A DNA stretch of 64,000 nucleotides from Octopus sinensis (Eukaryota): NCBI RefSeq assembly GCF_006345805.1, contig NC_042999.1, forward strand, positions 97,960,001 through 98,024,000, read 5' to 3'. Shown here piece after piece: positions 12,766-25,699 of the stretch (position 1 is its first letter; every line of letters begins with the position of its first letter). The notes under the pieces are model-generated. The model saw only the letters and a list, made by a program, of their open reading frames with translations, did not search any database and was not told where the DNA came from. The position numbers and the translations under genes were made by a program.

Positions 12766-14090
12766 GGAAGAAATACCAAAAAGGATCAGTAAGGAATTCA
12801 TTACTAAATCAATTGAATTCATCCTACACAATAACCACTTCATGTTTGACAATACATTTTACCGTCAAAAATCCGGAATTGCTATGGGTACAAGGGCAGC
12901 ACCAGTCATTGCGAACTTAACAATGGGATACATGGAAATAATCATTTACCAGGAATCTCTATCAATCTTTGGAAACTCCCTCTCTCAATACATAAAAGAG
13001 AATTGGAAACGATTCCTAGACGATTGTTTCATTCTCTGGAATGAAAACATAGATAAACTCCTAAAATTAAAAACTTATTGAACAGCATAAACCCAAATAT
13101 ACAGTTCACAATGGAATACAACCAAAAGGAGCTCCCGTTCTTGGATATACTAATTAAAAAAATTAACCTTAAAATAGAAACAGACATTTTTTACAAAGCC
13201 ACAGACGCCAAACAATACCTTCTTTTTAATTCATGCCACCCAAGACACACTAAAACAAACATCCCCTTCAACCTTGCAAGAAGGATATGCACAATAGTGT
13301 CAGAACAAAATACCAGGAACTTTAGACTGCAAGAACTCAAAAACACCCTAATTGACAGACATTACCCAGCTCAACTCATAGAGGATGGGATCAGACGTGC
13401 AACAGAAATCAACATAGAAACTTTAAGAAAAGTTCAACACAACAACACACCTTCCCCGAAAATACTACCTTACATATCTACATACAACCCCAGAAACAAA
13501 GAAGCCTTCACCATCATCACCCAGAATTTACCAATACTTCATAAAAACCCAAAATTAAAGGAAATTCTAAACATACCCAAATCATTAAAAGCTACAAACA
13601 GCCTAAATCACTTAAAAAGATTCTCACAAAGGCAAAATTGTCTTCTAAAATTACGGATGCAAAAGTAAAAAAATGTGGTAGATCGAACTGTGCAACATGT
13701 CCTAACCTATTGGAAGGATCAGAATTCTTCTTTAAAGAGGGACAGAAATTCAAGATCAAATCTAACTTTACTTGTGCCTCTGAAAACATAATTTATGTCA
13801 TTAAATGCTCGGGCTGCCACCAAGACTACGTGGGTTCCACGGGACTATCACTCAGGCGTAGATGCACACTGCATCGACAACAGATTGCATTCCCAGAATA
13901 TAGAATGATACCTTTTAGTGAGCACATTGAGAAATGCGCAAAGCAACTACTGCCACAATTTTTAATCTTCCCATTTCACCAATGTGCTTTCGGATCATCA
14001 ACACAAATGAGACTGAACAAGGAAACATTCTTCATTGAAAAGTACAAACCCAGACTCAACCATCCGAACATACTGACACAGAGAAATTAA
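12763..14090 (+). pseudogene. Penelope-like element (Neptune type) RT + GIY-YIG ORF, 5'-truncated, two frameshifts
   Basis: YRQKSGIAMGT, WKRFLDDCF, LPFLDI, QYLLFNSCHP, Cys linker CGRSNCATC and NIIYVIKC...YVGST. ORFs 12842-13081, 13078-13668 and 13638-14090 join across frameshifts. (TA)n on both flanks; 3' region extends to about 14490. Confidence 0.95.
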
Positions 14091-14273
14091 CAAGGGAAAG
14101 GGAAAAACCATCCGAACATACTGACACAGAGAAATTAACAAGGGAAAACGAAAAAAATTTTTAAGCGATTATCTCCCTTACACCGGAAGAAATCACTCAC
14201 TACCTCCCCTTATTTAGAAATCTCCTGATAATAAACACAACGATAACTCCATGCAATATAAACATAACGTCAC

Positions 14274-14313
14274 AAGAAATTTGAAAAGCTACACGCGAAA
14301 CCGGTAATTTCTT
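14274..14313 (+). ncRNA. Minimal type I hammerhead-like motif (core UUGAAAA, U3:A8)
   Basis: AAGAAAT-TTGAAAA-GC tacac GC-GAAAC CG GTA-ATTTCTT: perfect 7-bp stem I, palindromic ACCGGT, located in the Penelope 3' pseudo-LTR. Confidence 0.75.
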
Positions 14314-14496
14314 TAAAAATTTTAAAATTATGTCATTTTAAGGAAAGGAAAAAAAATTTTTCCAATATTCTCCAGACATTTTGACACAAATATATATATT
14401 TTTTAACATTTAAGCCTTCTGTCGTTTTTTCACACTTTACTATTTTCTTATATATTCACCCACGTGCTTTACCAAACAAACTTTCTTATCTATATA

Positions 14497-14532
<36 letters not shown>

Positions 14533-14567
14533 TGTATGTATGTATGTATGTATGTATGTGTGTGTGT

Positions 14568-14601
<34 letters not shown>

Positions 14602-14603
<2 letters not shown>

Positions 14604-14890
14604 AGGCGCAATGGTCCAGTGGTTAGGCAGCGGACTCGCGGTTTCGATTCCCAGATCGGGCGTTGTGAGCGTTTATTGAGCGAAAACACCTAAAGCTCCA
14701 CGAGGCTCCGGCAGGGGCTGGTGGCGATCCCTGCTGTACTCTTTCGCCACAACTTTCTCTCAATCTGTCTTCTGTTGCCCTGCTCGCTTAGCCAGCGGGG
14801 TGGCGTCACTTGAAGGCTAAAACAATGCAAAGCGCATTGTGAGCAGCGATATGTAGCAACATCTGATAGCCTGGTCGGTCACGGTGATCA
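14602..14890 (+). mobile_element. SINE family C head with an alternative 3' tail
   Basis: A-box tggtccagtgg and B-box ggtttcgattcc; matches the 8255-8612 copy up to about 14765, then diverges. Confidence 0.8.
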
Positions 14891-14946
14891 CAGTGATATA
14901 TATATATACATACATACATACATACATACATACATACATACATACA

Positions 14947-14982
<36 letters not shown>

Positions 14983-14990
14983 TATATATA

Positions 14991-15700
14991 CAGAATGTGC
15001 CCTAAAAGTGTATACATACATTAAATGGTTTTAAAGGAAGTGTTTATTAAAATACATTTCATTTTCAAAATTTAGCACAATCTACAGACAGAACGCCTGT
15101 TGTCAAACTAATGATCGGTCTGCATCAGACACAGCGGATAACGCGAAACAATGGAATCGCAAATATCAAGAAACATTTCGTCTTCCATTTGTGCACGTTC
15201 TCATTCAGTAGCTACCTTCTATTTCTGGTGATAGTTTTGTACCGTTAACTTCATCTTTTAAGTATTCCGATACAAAAAAGTCAAATGGTATGAGTTGCAG
15301 CAAACGCAAATGATATTCTACTGAACCTCTTTGTACAGTTCTCCAGCTGGGCAAATTCTCATTCAGGCAGGCCCTTTCATTACTATGGTAGTGCGGGAGG
15401 TGCCCCATCTTGCTGGAAATAAAACTCCACATCTTCAAATTCCTATTGAATTCTTGACCTAACAAACTGTAGTAACAGGTTCAAGTAAATGAGACTAGTC
15501 ACAGAACTGCCAAAATAAAGAATTATCCAGTTAATCCTTTTGGTGACAAGCTGCATCATATCGTAACTCCTGGTAAATTTATATGATATTCCTCCATAAT
15601 AAGCGGATTTTTAGGAACAATGCTGATGATTAATTGAGCTATTTAATTGAAATGTAGCTTCATTACCCCAAACAATCTTCGTTGGAAAGTATTATCTACT
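14991..15700 (-). mobile_element. Tc1/IS630-like transposase remnant
   Basis: Minus strand QQDGAPP and LIPFDFFVSEYLKDEV (LTPLDFFLWGYLK-like); terminus ta|CAG at 14991. Confidence 0.7.
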
Positions 15701-15775
15701 ACACATTTTGTCAAACACCACTCACAAAAGTACACTTCTCGCTCCGGATATTCATTGTATGTATATGTATGTATG

Positions 15776-15869
<94 letters not shown>

Positions 15870-15878
15870 GTATATATA

Positions 15879-17143
15879 CGAGGGGCGTTCAATAAGTAAT
15901 GCCCCTGACCCACTTCCCATAGCAGTAGAGCAACGACACTTGGCACAGTTATTAGTCTTTTCCTACATAGGAACTACCCAGAGTTATGCATTCTCCCATC
16001 GTTTGATACAGCTCTGGAGACCGTTTTTGTAGAAGACCCCAGCTTGGTCCTCCAACCACGACGTGACTTCAGACATCAAGGCTGCATCATCTGGGAAACG
16101 CTTTCCTTTCAAAATCAACTTCATGGCTGGGAAGAGGTGAAAATCAGAGGGTGCAAGGGGAGGAGTTCATAGCTGCACGCCTGTGCTTCTGATCTGGCGA
16201 CACGAGTTGTGGACCGGAGCGTTGTCCTGCAGGAGGAGGATGCCTTTGCTGATCTTGCCCCGCCTCTTGATTTTGATAGCTTCTCTTAATTTCCTCAAAA
16301 GTGAAGCATAATAGGCTCCTGTAATTGTGGTACCCTTTGCCAGGAAATCTGTCATCACTACTCCGTCCTGGTCCCAGAAGACTGTGAGCATAACCTTGTC
16401 AGCGGGGGCTGCACCCTTGCCTTCTTTGGAGGAGGTGAGTCACGGTGCTTTCACTGCATTGACTGGGCTTTGGTCTATGGATCATAGTGATGGACCCAGG
16501 TTTTATCCTGTGTGATCAGTCTTTTGAAAATTTTTGACTCATCTTCTTGGCACATCTCCAAATCATCCTCGAGCACTCAACGCGTTCTTGCTTCTGGAAA
16601 GGTGTGAGCAACCTGGAAATCCATCTGGCAGACACCTTTTGCATATGCAAATGGTCATGAATGATAGTTTCCACAGACCCGGTACTAATCTTGACCTTAT
16701 GGGCTATTTGGCGAATAGTTATGCGTTGACCTTCCAAAATGGCAGCCTCAACTTGACGGACAGACGTCTCATCAACGGCAGAAGGAGGCGACCAGATCTG
16801 GGAACTGTTTCCACAGAGTTCCGACTATGTTTGAATTCACAATGCCAGCGTTTTACAAAGTCATATGATGGGGCATCATCACCATAAGTTACTTTCATTT
16901 CATGAAAAGTCTCCCGTGGTGTGCGTCCTTTCAAATACAAAAACCAGATCACTGCTCGACACTCAACAGGCTCCATTTCACACTTGACTCAGTTCAAACA
17001 CCTGTAAATCAGAAACCACAATTAGTTCAGATCTGTAATTCGCCACTTAATCTATAGAGGTATAAATAAGTGCACATGCAAAATTTCAGCTAGATCAAAC
17101 AACTGCAAGTGGGTCAGGGGCATTACTTATTGAACGCCCCTCG
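15879..17143 (-). mobile_element. Full-length mariner element (1265 bp) with 37-bp perfect TIRs and broken transposase
   Basis: TIRs 15879-15915 and 17107-17143; TA on the left, CA on the right. Transposase starts at 16976 (MEPVECRAVIWFL) with MLTVFWD, LLQDNAPVH and DFHLFP; several frameshifts. Confidence 0.95.
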
Positions 17144-17242
17144 CATACATACATACATACACACACATATACATGTATATGTATATATTATATATATACA
17201 CACACACATATACTATATATGTATATGTATATAGATATATAC

Positions 17243-17295
<53 letters not shown>

Positions 17296-17309
17296 GTATA
17301 TATATTCCC

Positions 17310-17445
17310 TATTATTCCTTTCTGTTGAAGAGCGTAGACTCGAAGCGTAAAAGACTTTTTCGTTTTCCTGAGCGTCAAACTAATATGCTTGCTTGTTGTT
17401 CATACACCTGTCTTCATCTTTTGTTTTTCTATAAATTTCAACTAT
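17310..17445 (+). mobile_element. Penelope-like pseudo-LTR remnant in (TA)n with decayed hammerhead motif
   Basis: Homologous to 8700-8831; cttt-CTGTTGA-a-gagcgtagactc-GAAGC-GTA-aaag. Confidence 0.6.
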
Positions 17446-17475
17446 ATATATATATATATATATAGATATATATAT

Positions 17476-17521
<46 letters not shown>

Positions 17522-18703
17522 ATATTATATATATATATACATACAGTGTACATTTAAACACATAGGATTCCTTGTACGCTAGAAGGAACAGCTAAAGTCC
17601 AAACCACTATTAGGGATAAAAAGTAGAAGAGAGTGAAAAATAAAAATAGTTGGTAAATGGTTTTCATCAATTGATGAGAGTAAATGTGGAAGTTGTTGTT
17701 GCTATTTTTGTTTAGCACTAGTTAGTCCTGATTGAGTAGGTTTGGAACCCAAAACCATTCCACTCATGGCTATCTCGTCTTTTTGCTATGTTTAGAGCAT
17801 CCAGGACTACTTTACCAGCGTATCTTTTATTTTTAAGACGGTGAGGCATGATTTGAAGAGATTTGGTTGATATTTTTAGCTGGTCGATGAACCGCTTAGT
17901 CACTCAGTCAATAGGCGGTGGCGGAACCAGCGGGTGTGTTTTTTGTTTCCTCAAACCACAGATGGTACAAGACTGACGGTGGCTTTACTTGAAAGACATG
18001 TTAAGAGTAACGGGTGAACAATAATACGAAGACACTTTATCTAGCAATCAGGGATACACAGGCGTTTACTGATCTATATAATTGACTTACATTCATACAT
18101 GCCTGTGCATCAGCCTTTTTTTTTTTGTTTGCATGTATGCATGAGTAACGGTGAATGAGCCAATATCAGAGTTGTGAATGAATGTATGCATGTTGGTATA
18201 TGCATGTGTGGGTGTGTGCGTGTGTTTGTGTGTATTTGTGTATGTGTGTATGTGTGCAGGCGTATTAGTGGATATGTGTACGTATTTCTGTGCATGTAAT
18301 TCTACTTATATGTAGCAATGTTGGCGATTCGTATATCTCATTACTTATGTGTGCGTTTATGTGCTTGATTGTATATTGAAAATACATAAAAAACACACAC
18401 ACACATTTACACACACACACACAACTATATGTGTTATGTACTCAAAAGAAAAATATATATTTAATATACATTTGTGTGTGTGACTGAGTATTTCTATGAG
18501 CCTATTAATATATATATATATATATATATGCTTGGCTTAGATTTTCCTTTGGGGCTGGTCAGATCGGAGCAATCTCAATATTAATCAGCCGAAATTGCGA
18601 GGATGATCCGGTTCTTGACTGAAGATTGAAGGCTTCGTATGTTCCGTCCGTGTCTTTTTGTATCGTCTTCTAAATGTTTTGCGTTTTTGTCCCAGTTTGT
18701 ATG

Positions 18704-18775
<72 letters not shown>

Positions 18776-18882
18776 ACACACACACATATAAATACATACT
18801 ATATATATACATACATATATGTTAGCACATCTATATGTGTGTGCGCGTGTGCGTGCGTGCATTTGCATCGCATATTTCATCC

Positions 18883-19388
18883 ACGCATGGCTGTTTGGTA
18901 AAAAAAAAGCTTGCGTCCCAACCACATGGTTCTGGGTTTCAGTCTCTCTGCATGGCACCTTGCGCAAGTGTCTTCTGCTATAACCTCGGGCAGGCCGAAG
19001 CCTTGTGAGTGGATTTGGTTGACGGAAAATGAAAGAAGCCCGTTGCATATAAATAAATAAATAAATATATATATATATGAGTCAAAACAGCTCAAAACGC
19101 CACAAAAGCACTGTTGTATATATATACACACACACACACAAATGTATTTATATATATTTTTGTGTTTGTGTGTTTGAGTCTGTGTTTGTACCCCGCTACA
19201 TCTTTGACAACCGATGTGGGTATGCTTACCTCCCCGTAATCTTACGGTTCGGCAAAATAGACCGATAGAATAAACACTAGCTTACATAAAATAAGTCCTG
19301 GGGTCGATTTATTTGACTAAAAGCCCTTTAAGGTGGTGCTCCAGCACGGCCGCAGTCAGATGACTGAAACAAGTAAAAGAATAAAAGA
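18883..19388 (+). mobile_element. SINE family A, full length
   Basis: Head, internal microsatellite block and tail as at 47077. Confidence 0.85.
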
Positions 19389-19859
19389 ATACTGCAGAGG
19401 AATACAACAAAATGAATCTTCTTTCATTTTCTTCTTCATATCATACTCGCAATCAGAGGACAACTAAGTACTTTTTTTCAGTAATTTATTTACCTCCTTT
19501 CGTGTACGTACATTTCGGCATCTTGGGCTTCCTTCAGTGCAGTCTGTATAACATTATTCGTCCAAGAAATTCAAGCAAGAATTACCTTTCAAGAAATATT
19601 TCATTTCAAACAACATTTCAAATTTATTCGTAGCTGTTTGGTTGTCAAAGCTGTCTATAGTTGTTAGAAGAACGAATAACGGTTTCAAGTCGATAAAATT
19701 GGAAGCATTAGTTTTTTTTTTTACCTCTCGTTCTAAAAACAGAATATTTTAAGTTTCGTTTTTATTTGTATTTTCTTCTCTTCCTTACCTTGTTCAGGGT
19801 GTAATATACTTTCTGACTGCTGTAATCCATAACATACATTCTGCATGTTAGTGAAACAA

Positions 19860-21030
19860 CATCACTGAGAGTAGTGAGGACATTTAAGTATTTCGGGCCT
19901 ACATCCACGAGTGATGGAATGTAGGATGCTGAATTAGGTGCTAGAATTGTAGGTGCTGGCACAGTAATGCATCTGTTCGAACATTCCATCCTCAAAAGAG
20001 GAGAGTTTGTTAAAAAAATATCCAAACTCGCTATCTTCCATTCGGTTTTTGTGATATCCTAATCTATTGTTACAAATATTGGGCAATGACCAAAAAAGTA
20101 TGATCGCGAATAAAGCGGCCGAAATAGAGTTCCTCCGAAAAAGTTCTGGAATATTACTCGACAGGGTAGCTCAGGGTGTCTATCCAAGGTGAGCCGCTAC
20201 TTCTCCGCATTGGGAAGTCACAGCTCCGGTACTATGGACATGTGATCAGAATGTCGCAGGAAAGAATGGCAAAACAGTTTCTTAACCCATCATGGGCCAG
20301 CGGGGTCCCTTAGGACCCCAGCAAATTTTAAAAGTTATGTAGCTTTTACATTTTTTTATTTAAATGATTTTATATATCATGACATTTATTGTCAATAGCT
20401 TATGTATGTCCATACAAATTTTGAGTTAAAAAATTTCCAGTCATATGGATGTTATAGCATAAAATATGGTCATTGGGGTCCACCTGGACCACATTGGGCT
20501 TCTGCGAAGTTATTTTTTTTCTGTTCATTTTCCAGATATTCTGATGAACTGCAAGTCAAGTTTCTTCGTATTTGTGCTGGTGTGAATCGATATACTAAAT
20601 AATTTTGTTTTATTTTATATTTAGTGTTATATGTATAGTTTATAAGACTACAAAGACAGTTGATTTATTCAACAAATGTTTTTTTTCAGCCAATAAATTA
20701 TATTTTAATTCCCTCCTCCATTAAACGCTAATAATGGCAAATATATACCTATAAGGTGCTAAATTTCTTGTTTTGTATCATGCACTCACACATATATACA
20801 AGATTAAACAAATATTACTTTGGGAAATGCGCAAAAATAAAAGGGGGTCCCTCGAAACCGCAAAGGCCTTTTGTGTAAACCCAGCCCCGCCGGCCCACGA
20901 AGGGTTAAATCCGAGCTAAATCAGCAAGATACCTAGGAGCAGACCAGGAACAAATGGTTGAATAATATCCATAGTTTCAGTTGGTTACGCTTGGAAATTC
21001 AGCCGGAAAGTCTAATGACTGTTGTGGGCA
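19860..21030 (+). mobile_element. RTE-like LINE 3' fragment split by an insertion
   Basis: FKYFG, SQLRYYGHVIRMSQERMAKQFL, then an RPRGRP..W-like segment resuming after 20908. Confidence 0.75.
20286..20904. mobile_element. Non-autonomous piggyBac-type element
   Basis: TTAA at 20282-85 and 20905-08; termini CCC...GGG; 20-bp TIR with 17/20 match. Confidence 0.85.
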
Positions 21031-21322
21031 GAGAAAATGCACGTGGTGATGTATGGTAATTCATAATTTACTACGTAGCGATGGTACTATTTTATCACTA
21101 CTTGTTTGCTAAAAAAATATATCTATTCATACTAGTTGTTGATCTCCTCCGACATCTTTCAATGCTTAGTTTTACCAGCTATACATCTTAACGGAAACGG
21201 AAATAGCTTACTTTTTCAAAACACCATTCTGTAAAGATTTAGAAGATTAAAGGAAATGTCTGACGCCTGTCTCAAGGACAAGAAGTTATGGGTAACTACG
21301 ATAGAGAATCTCAAGTACGTAT

Positions 21323-21366
<44 letters not shown>

Positions 21367-22113
21367 CATATGTCTGTGTACACACACATACGCACATACA
21401 CATGCACATAAATATACATATACATTCACTTATATATGTTTGAGAGCGCGCGCACATCGCTGTGACTGTTTTGAATAAAGCTGCCAAGAAATGATGATAG
21501 ACCACTCCCTAAACGTTCACTTGATTTAAATTGACGAGAGTCACACTGAAGCTAGATTTGTTACCCACATTCTCTGTGAGGCATCACAAGAGATGGTGGG
21601 CGGTGGCCGTGGATAGATCTTCCTGAGATTGCGCAAGTTTGAGCTTTTCTGGCAACTCCACCAACAGCAAGGCAGTCCATTTGCCAAAATATTAAATACT
21701 GCTTTCAGAAGCCTTTATGTGTTAAACGTTTTCAGTTACGTTCATATATAATATAATGCAACCTAGTCATTCGATTAACAGTGATTAATAAAATAAGTAT
21801 CGAGCTGAAATAAGTATTAAAGTAGATATGATCGATGAAAATCTTTATGGCATTGCTCCAGCATGGCCATGGTCGAATGAGTGAAATCTGTAAAACAACA
21901 GAATTCATACATATAATATAAGGATTTAGTTCGCTGGTGATCTAATGGAATAGGTACGCTAGGTAAGTGGTGTAACGAATTATCAGGGTTCATGTTTAGA
22001 TTGTTCATGTTCTCTACTCGTCTCTGATGATGGAATAATCCATATTCAGGTATACTCGCCTATCACTTGAGATATTCTAGAAACAGCTGTAAGACCTCAA
22101 CTAATTACTATGT

Positions 22114-22328
22114 AAGGTGGCGAACTAGCAGGATCGTTAGAATGCCGGACAAAATGCTTAATGACATTTCGTCCGTCTTTACGTTCTGAGTTCAAAATCC
22201 GTTGAGGTTGACTTTTCCATCCATCCTTTAGCAGTCGATAAAATAAGTACAAGTTGAACCCTAGGGTCGATATAATCGACTTAGCTCCTCCCTCAAAATT
22301 GCTGGTCTCGAGCCAGAATTTGATATCG
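22114..22328 (+). mobile_element. SINE family B
   Basis: Full match to 25472-25668. Confidence 0.85.
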
Positions 22329-22884
22329 ATATTACTATTATTTCAATTACTATTATGTCTTTTTTAGAAATATATCTTGGACAACATTTTCAACGTATCC
22401 TTATCTTGTTTAAAATAAGAAATTTGGATCATTATTTGCAGCAGATTGAATTACCAGGTAGCGACCCCTTTGTTGGCTTCTGTGAGTGAGTGAGTGTATG
22501 TGTGTTTATATAGATTAGAAGGCTTGTGGTAGTGAGGGAGTGGAAGCTTGGGTGTGCTGATGGAAGTTCGATTGAGTGGTAGAAATGATTGAAATTAAAG
22601 AATATGAGAGATGTAGTAAGAGAAACTGAGATAGAGAGAAAATGAGAAGGAGTGAGAAAGAGAGACAGAGGGAGTGAGACAGTATAATAATAAATAAATA
22701 AATAAAATGAAAAGAGTGTGCAAACAAATGTTTTGAAGTATATGAATAGAGAGAAAGGTAATTTCTATCATTGGTACAAGACCACAAAATTTGGAAGTAG
22801 AACAGAGACAATTATATTGGCACCAGTTCTAGATTGGTACATTATTTTATTGATACCTGCAGTATAAAAGTGAACGTACGTGAT

Positions 22885-23090
22885 CTAGGGATTAAGATGT
22901 TGCTCTAACCCTAAGAACGTGGTTTCGATCTCCGGACGGACAGCACCTTCTGTTCTTGAGCTAAACACTTCATTCCACGTTGCTTCAGTCCACTCAGCTG
23001 TAAATGAGTTACACTACAACTGACTGGCATCCTAACCAGGGATGATGTTGTAATGTCAGTCACTTATGCATCAATGAAATCGGGTAACCG
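22885..23090 (+). mobile_element. SINE family D (decayed)
   Basis: ggtttcgatc..tgttcttgagctaaacacttcattccacgttgcttcagtccactcagctg matches the reverse complement of 52122-52305. Confidence 0.7.
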
Positions 23091-23231
23091 GATGTATGAA
23101 TCCTAGGCCTCAAGACATCAATATCCAGAGGATGCTGCTGTTATTGTTGATGATGATGATGATGATGAAAAATAAAGCTGACATCGACGAGATTTGAACT
23201 CAGAACGTAAATAACAATAACTAAATAGCTA

Positions 23232-23663
23232 TTTCAAGTTTTGGCAGAAGGCCAGCAATTTTGGGGAGGGGTAAGTCGATTACATCGAGCCCAGTACTAA
23301 ACTGGTACTCATTTTATCGACCTCCGAAAGGATGAAAGGCAAAATTAACCTGGGCTGAATCTGAACTCAGAATCTAAAGACGGACGAAACGCCACTAAGT
23401 TCTTTGGTTAGCGTGCTAACGATTCTGCCAGCTCGCCACCGCAAACCGTAACTTAATATCCTTTCTACTATAGGCACAAGGCTTGGAATTTTGGGGTATG
23501 TGGCTAGTCGATTATATCAACCCTAGCGCTCCATTGGTACTCATGCTATCGACTCCGAAGGGATAAAAGGTAAAGTCGACCTCGGCGAAATATGAACGAA
23601 GAACGTAAAGACGGATAGAATGACGCTAAACAATTTTTGCCGAGCGTGCCAGCGATTCTGCCT
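23232..23663 (-). mobile_element. Two tandem SINE family B copies
   Basis: Copies at about 23232-23441 and 23462-23663. Confidence 0.85.
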
Positions 23664-23802
23664 CGAAGAATTTTTAGATGAATGAATCGATCCCAGTGCT
23701 TATTCTTTTTAAAGCCTGGTGCTGCTAAGTTGCGGGACGTGAATACACTAACACCGGTTGTCAAGCGGTGATGAGGGACAGAGGTAAAACTTACACATAC
23801 AC

Positions 23803-23860
<58 letters not shown>

Positions 23861-23878
23861 ACACACAATATATATATA

Positions 23879-23909
<31 letters not shown>

Positions 23910-23978
23910 AAGAGACATGACAGAAAGAGAGAGATACAATATATAGTGAAGCTGAGATAAACTGTGATGAGGAGAGAG

Positions 23979-24038
<60 letters not shown>

Positions 24039-24331
24039 ATTATTAATTAGAGAGATAAAAGCCAAAGAAAATATAACTGTGAGAGGAAAATATGAGTGAG
24101 TGAGAGCGACCTGATACGAATAGAGAAACCATAGGGTGAAAGAGAAAGCGGGAGGGGGAGAGAGAGGAAGGGAGAGAAAAAGAACGAGTGAGCAAGCGAG
24201 AGAGATGGAGGGAAGAAGAGAAAGAGACAGAGAGAGAGAGAGACAGACGGATAGAGACAGAGAGAAGCAGAGAGAGCGGGGGATAGAGAGAAGAAGTGTC
24301 AGAGAGAGAGAGAGAGAGAATGAGGGAACGG

Positions 24332-24363
<32 letters not shown>

Positions 24364-24480
24364 GAGAGAGAGAGAATGGAGAAGCAGAGAGATAGAGGGA
24401 AAGAATGGAGAAGCAGAAAGAGAAAGAGAGAGAGAGAATGGAGAAGCACAAAGAGATAAAGAGAGAGAGAATGGAGAAGC

Positions 24481-24522
<42 letters not shown>

Positions 24523-24605
24523 ATGGGAATGCAGAGAGAGAGGGAGAAAAAAGAGAGAGGGAGGGAAAAGCAGAGAGAATAAGAAGCAGAGAAAGAGAGA
24601 ATAAG

Positions 24606-24650
<45 letters not shown>
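23910..24650. repeat. Long (AG)n-rich polypurine tract
   Basis: Directly visible; includes short gagaatggagaagcag repeats. Confidence 0.95.
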
Positions 24651-25319
24651 CTAGGTGAGTGGTTGACACTGATAGTGTACGAGTTAGGCTATTTGTCACA
24701 CATGCCAATGCTTCTTCTCACCTGCATTGCTACTGCAGCCTATCTTGTGCAGGTGTATGGAACAGATATGTGCAGCTGCTGTTGCTCTTGCTGCTGACCT
24801 CCCACTTACATCACAGCAGCATCACTGCTAATGTCAGCTTCGTCATGAGAACCACCTTCACTGCTACCACCACTGTGTGGTACGTTACACAACAGCCAAA
24901 GATAACACTCCCACCATTACCAAGTAAGGCGACGAACGAGCCGAGAGGAGAGTCACTGTATGGACGTCAAGCCTGCTAGAAACAGCAGTCACTATCCCTA
25001 CTGAATGGGTTCCCCGTGTATAGGAAAGTAAGGGATAATCACGACTGGAATCCATCTGATCATTGGACTGCTCGATCAGGCCCAACCTGGGGCTAAACAA
25101 CAGCATTACCATCTCAGGAAACTAGCTAACGGTGTGAGTCTCTACGCAGATACGAGCCTTGCTAGAGATAGCAACTTTACTTCAAACCACATTTTACCAT
25201 CTTAAAGAAAGAGAAGAACCGTTGGACAATGTAATAGGATCAGTCGGGATTGTCATGGTAGGAGGGCATTTGATTATAGATCTGCTTGATTTGAGGGCTA
25301 GACAACGATCATTAACAAT

Positions 25320-25668
25320 GGTTTCAAATTTTGGCACAAGGCCAGCAATTTCGGGGTAAGGGATAGGTGAATTACATCGACCCAAGTGCTCAACTGGTAC
25401 TTATTTTATCGACCCTGGAAGGATGAAAGGCAAAGTCGACCTCAGCAGAATACAACGACCATTAATATGTAAAGCGGCGAGCTAGCAGGATCGTTAGCAT
25501 GCCGGACAAAATACTTAATGACATTTCGTCCGTTTTTACGTTCTGAGTTCAAAATCCGCTGAGGTCGACTTTACCACCCATCCTTTCGCAGTCGATAAAA
25601 TAAGTACCAGTTGAACACTGGGGTCGATGTAATCGACTTAGCCCCTCCCCCAAAATTGCTGGCCTCGG
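25320..25668. mobile_element. Divergent pair of SINE family B copies
   Basis: Minus copy 25320-25450 and plus copy 25472-25668. Confidence 0.85.
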
Positions 25669-25699
25669 GCCATATAACTATAATTTCAATCATATCAAT

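Noticed and set aside
14602-14660. tRNA-like sequences here and at 8550-8612 and 52230-52305
   Set aside because: They are Pol III heads of multicopy SINEs without a complete cloverleaf.
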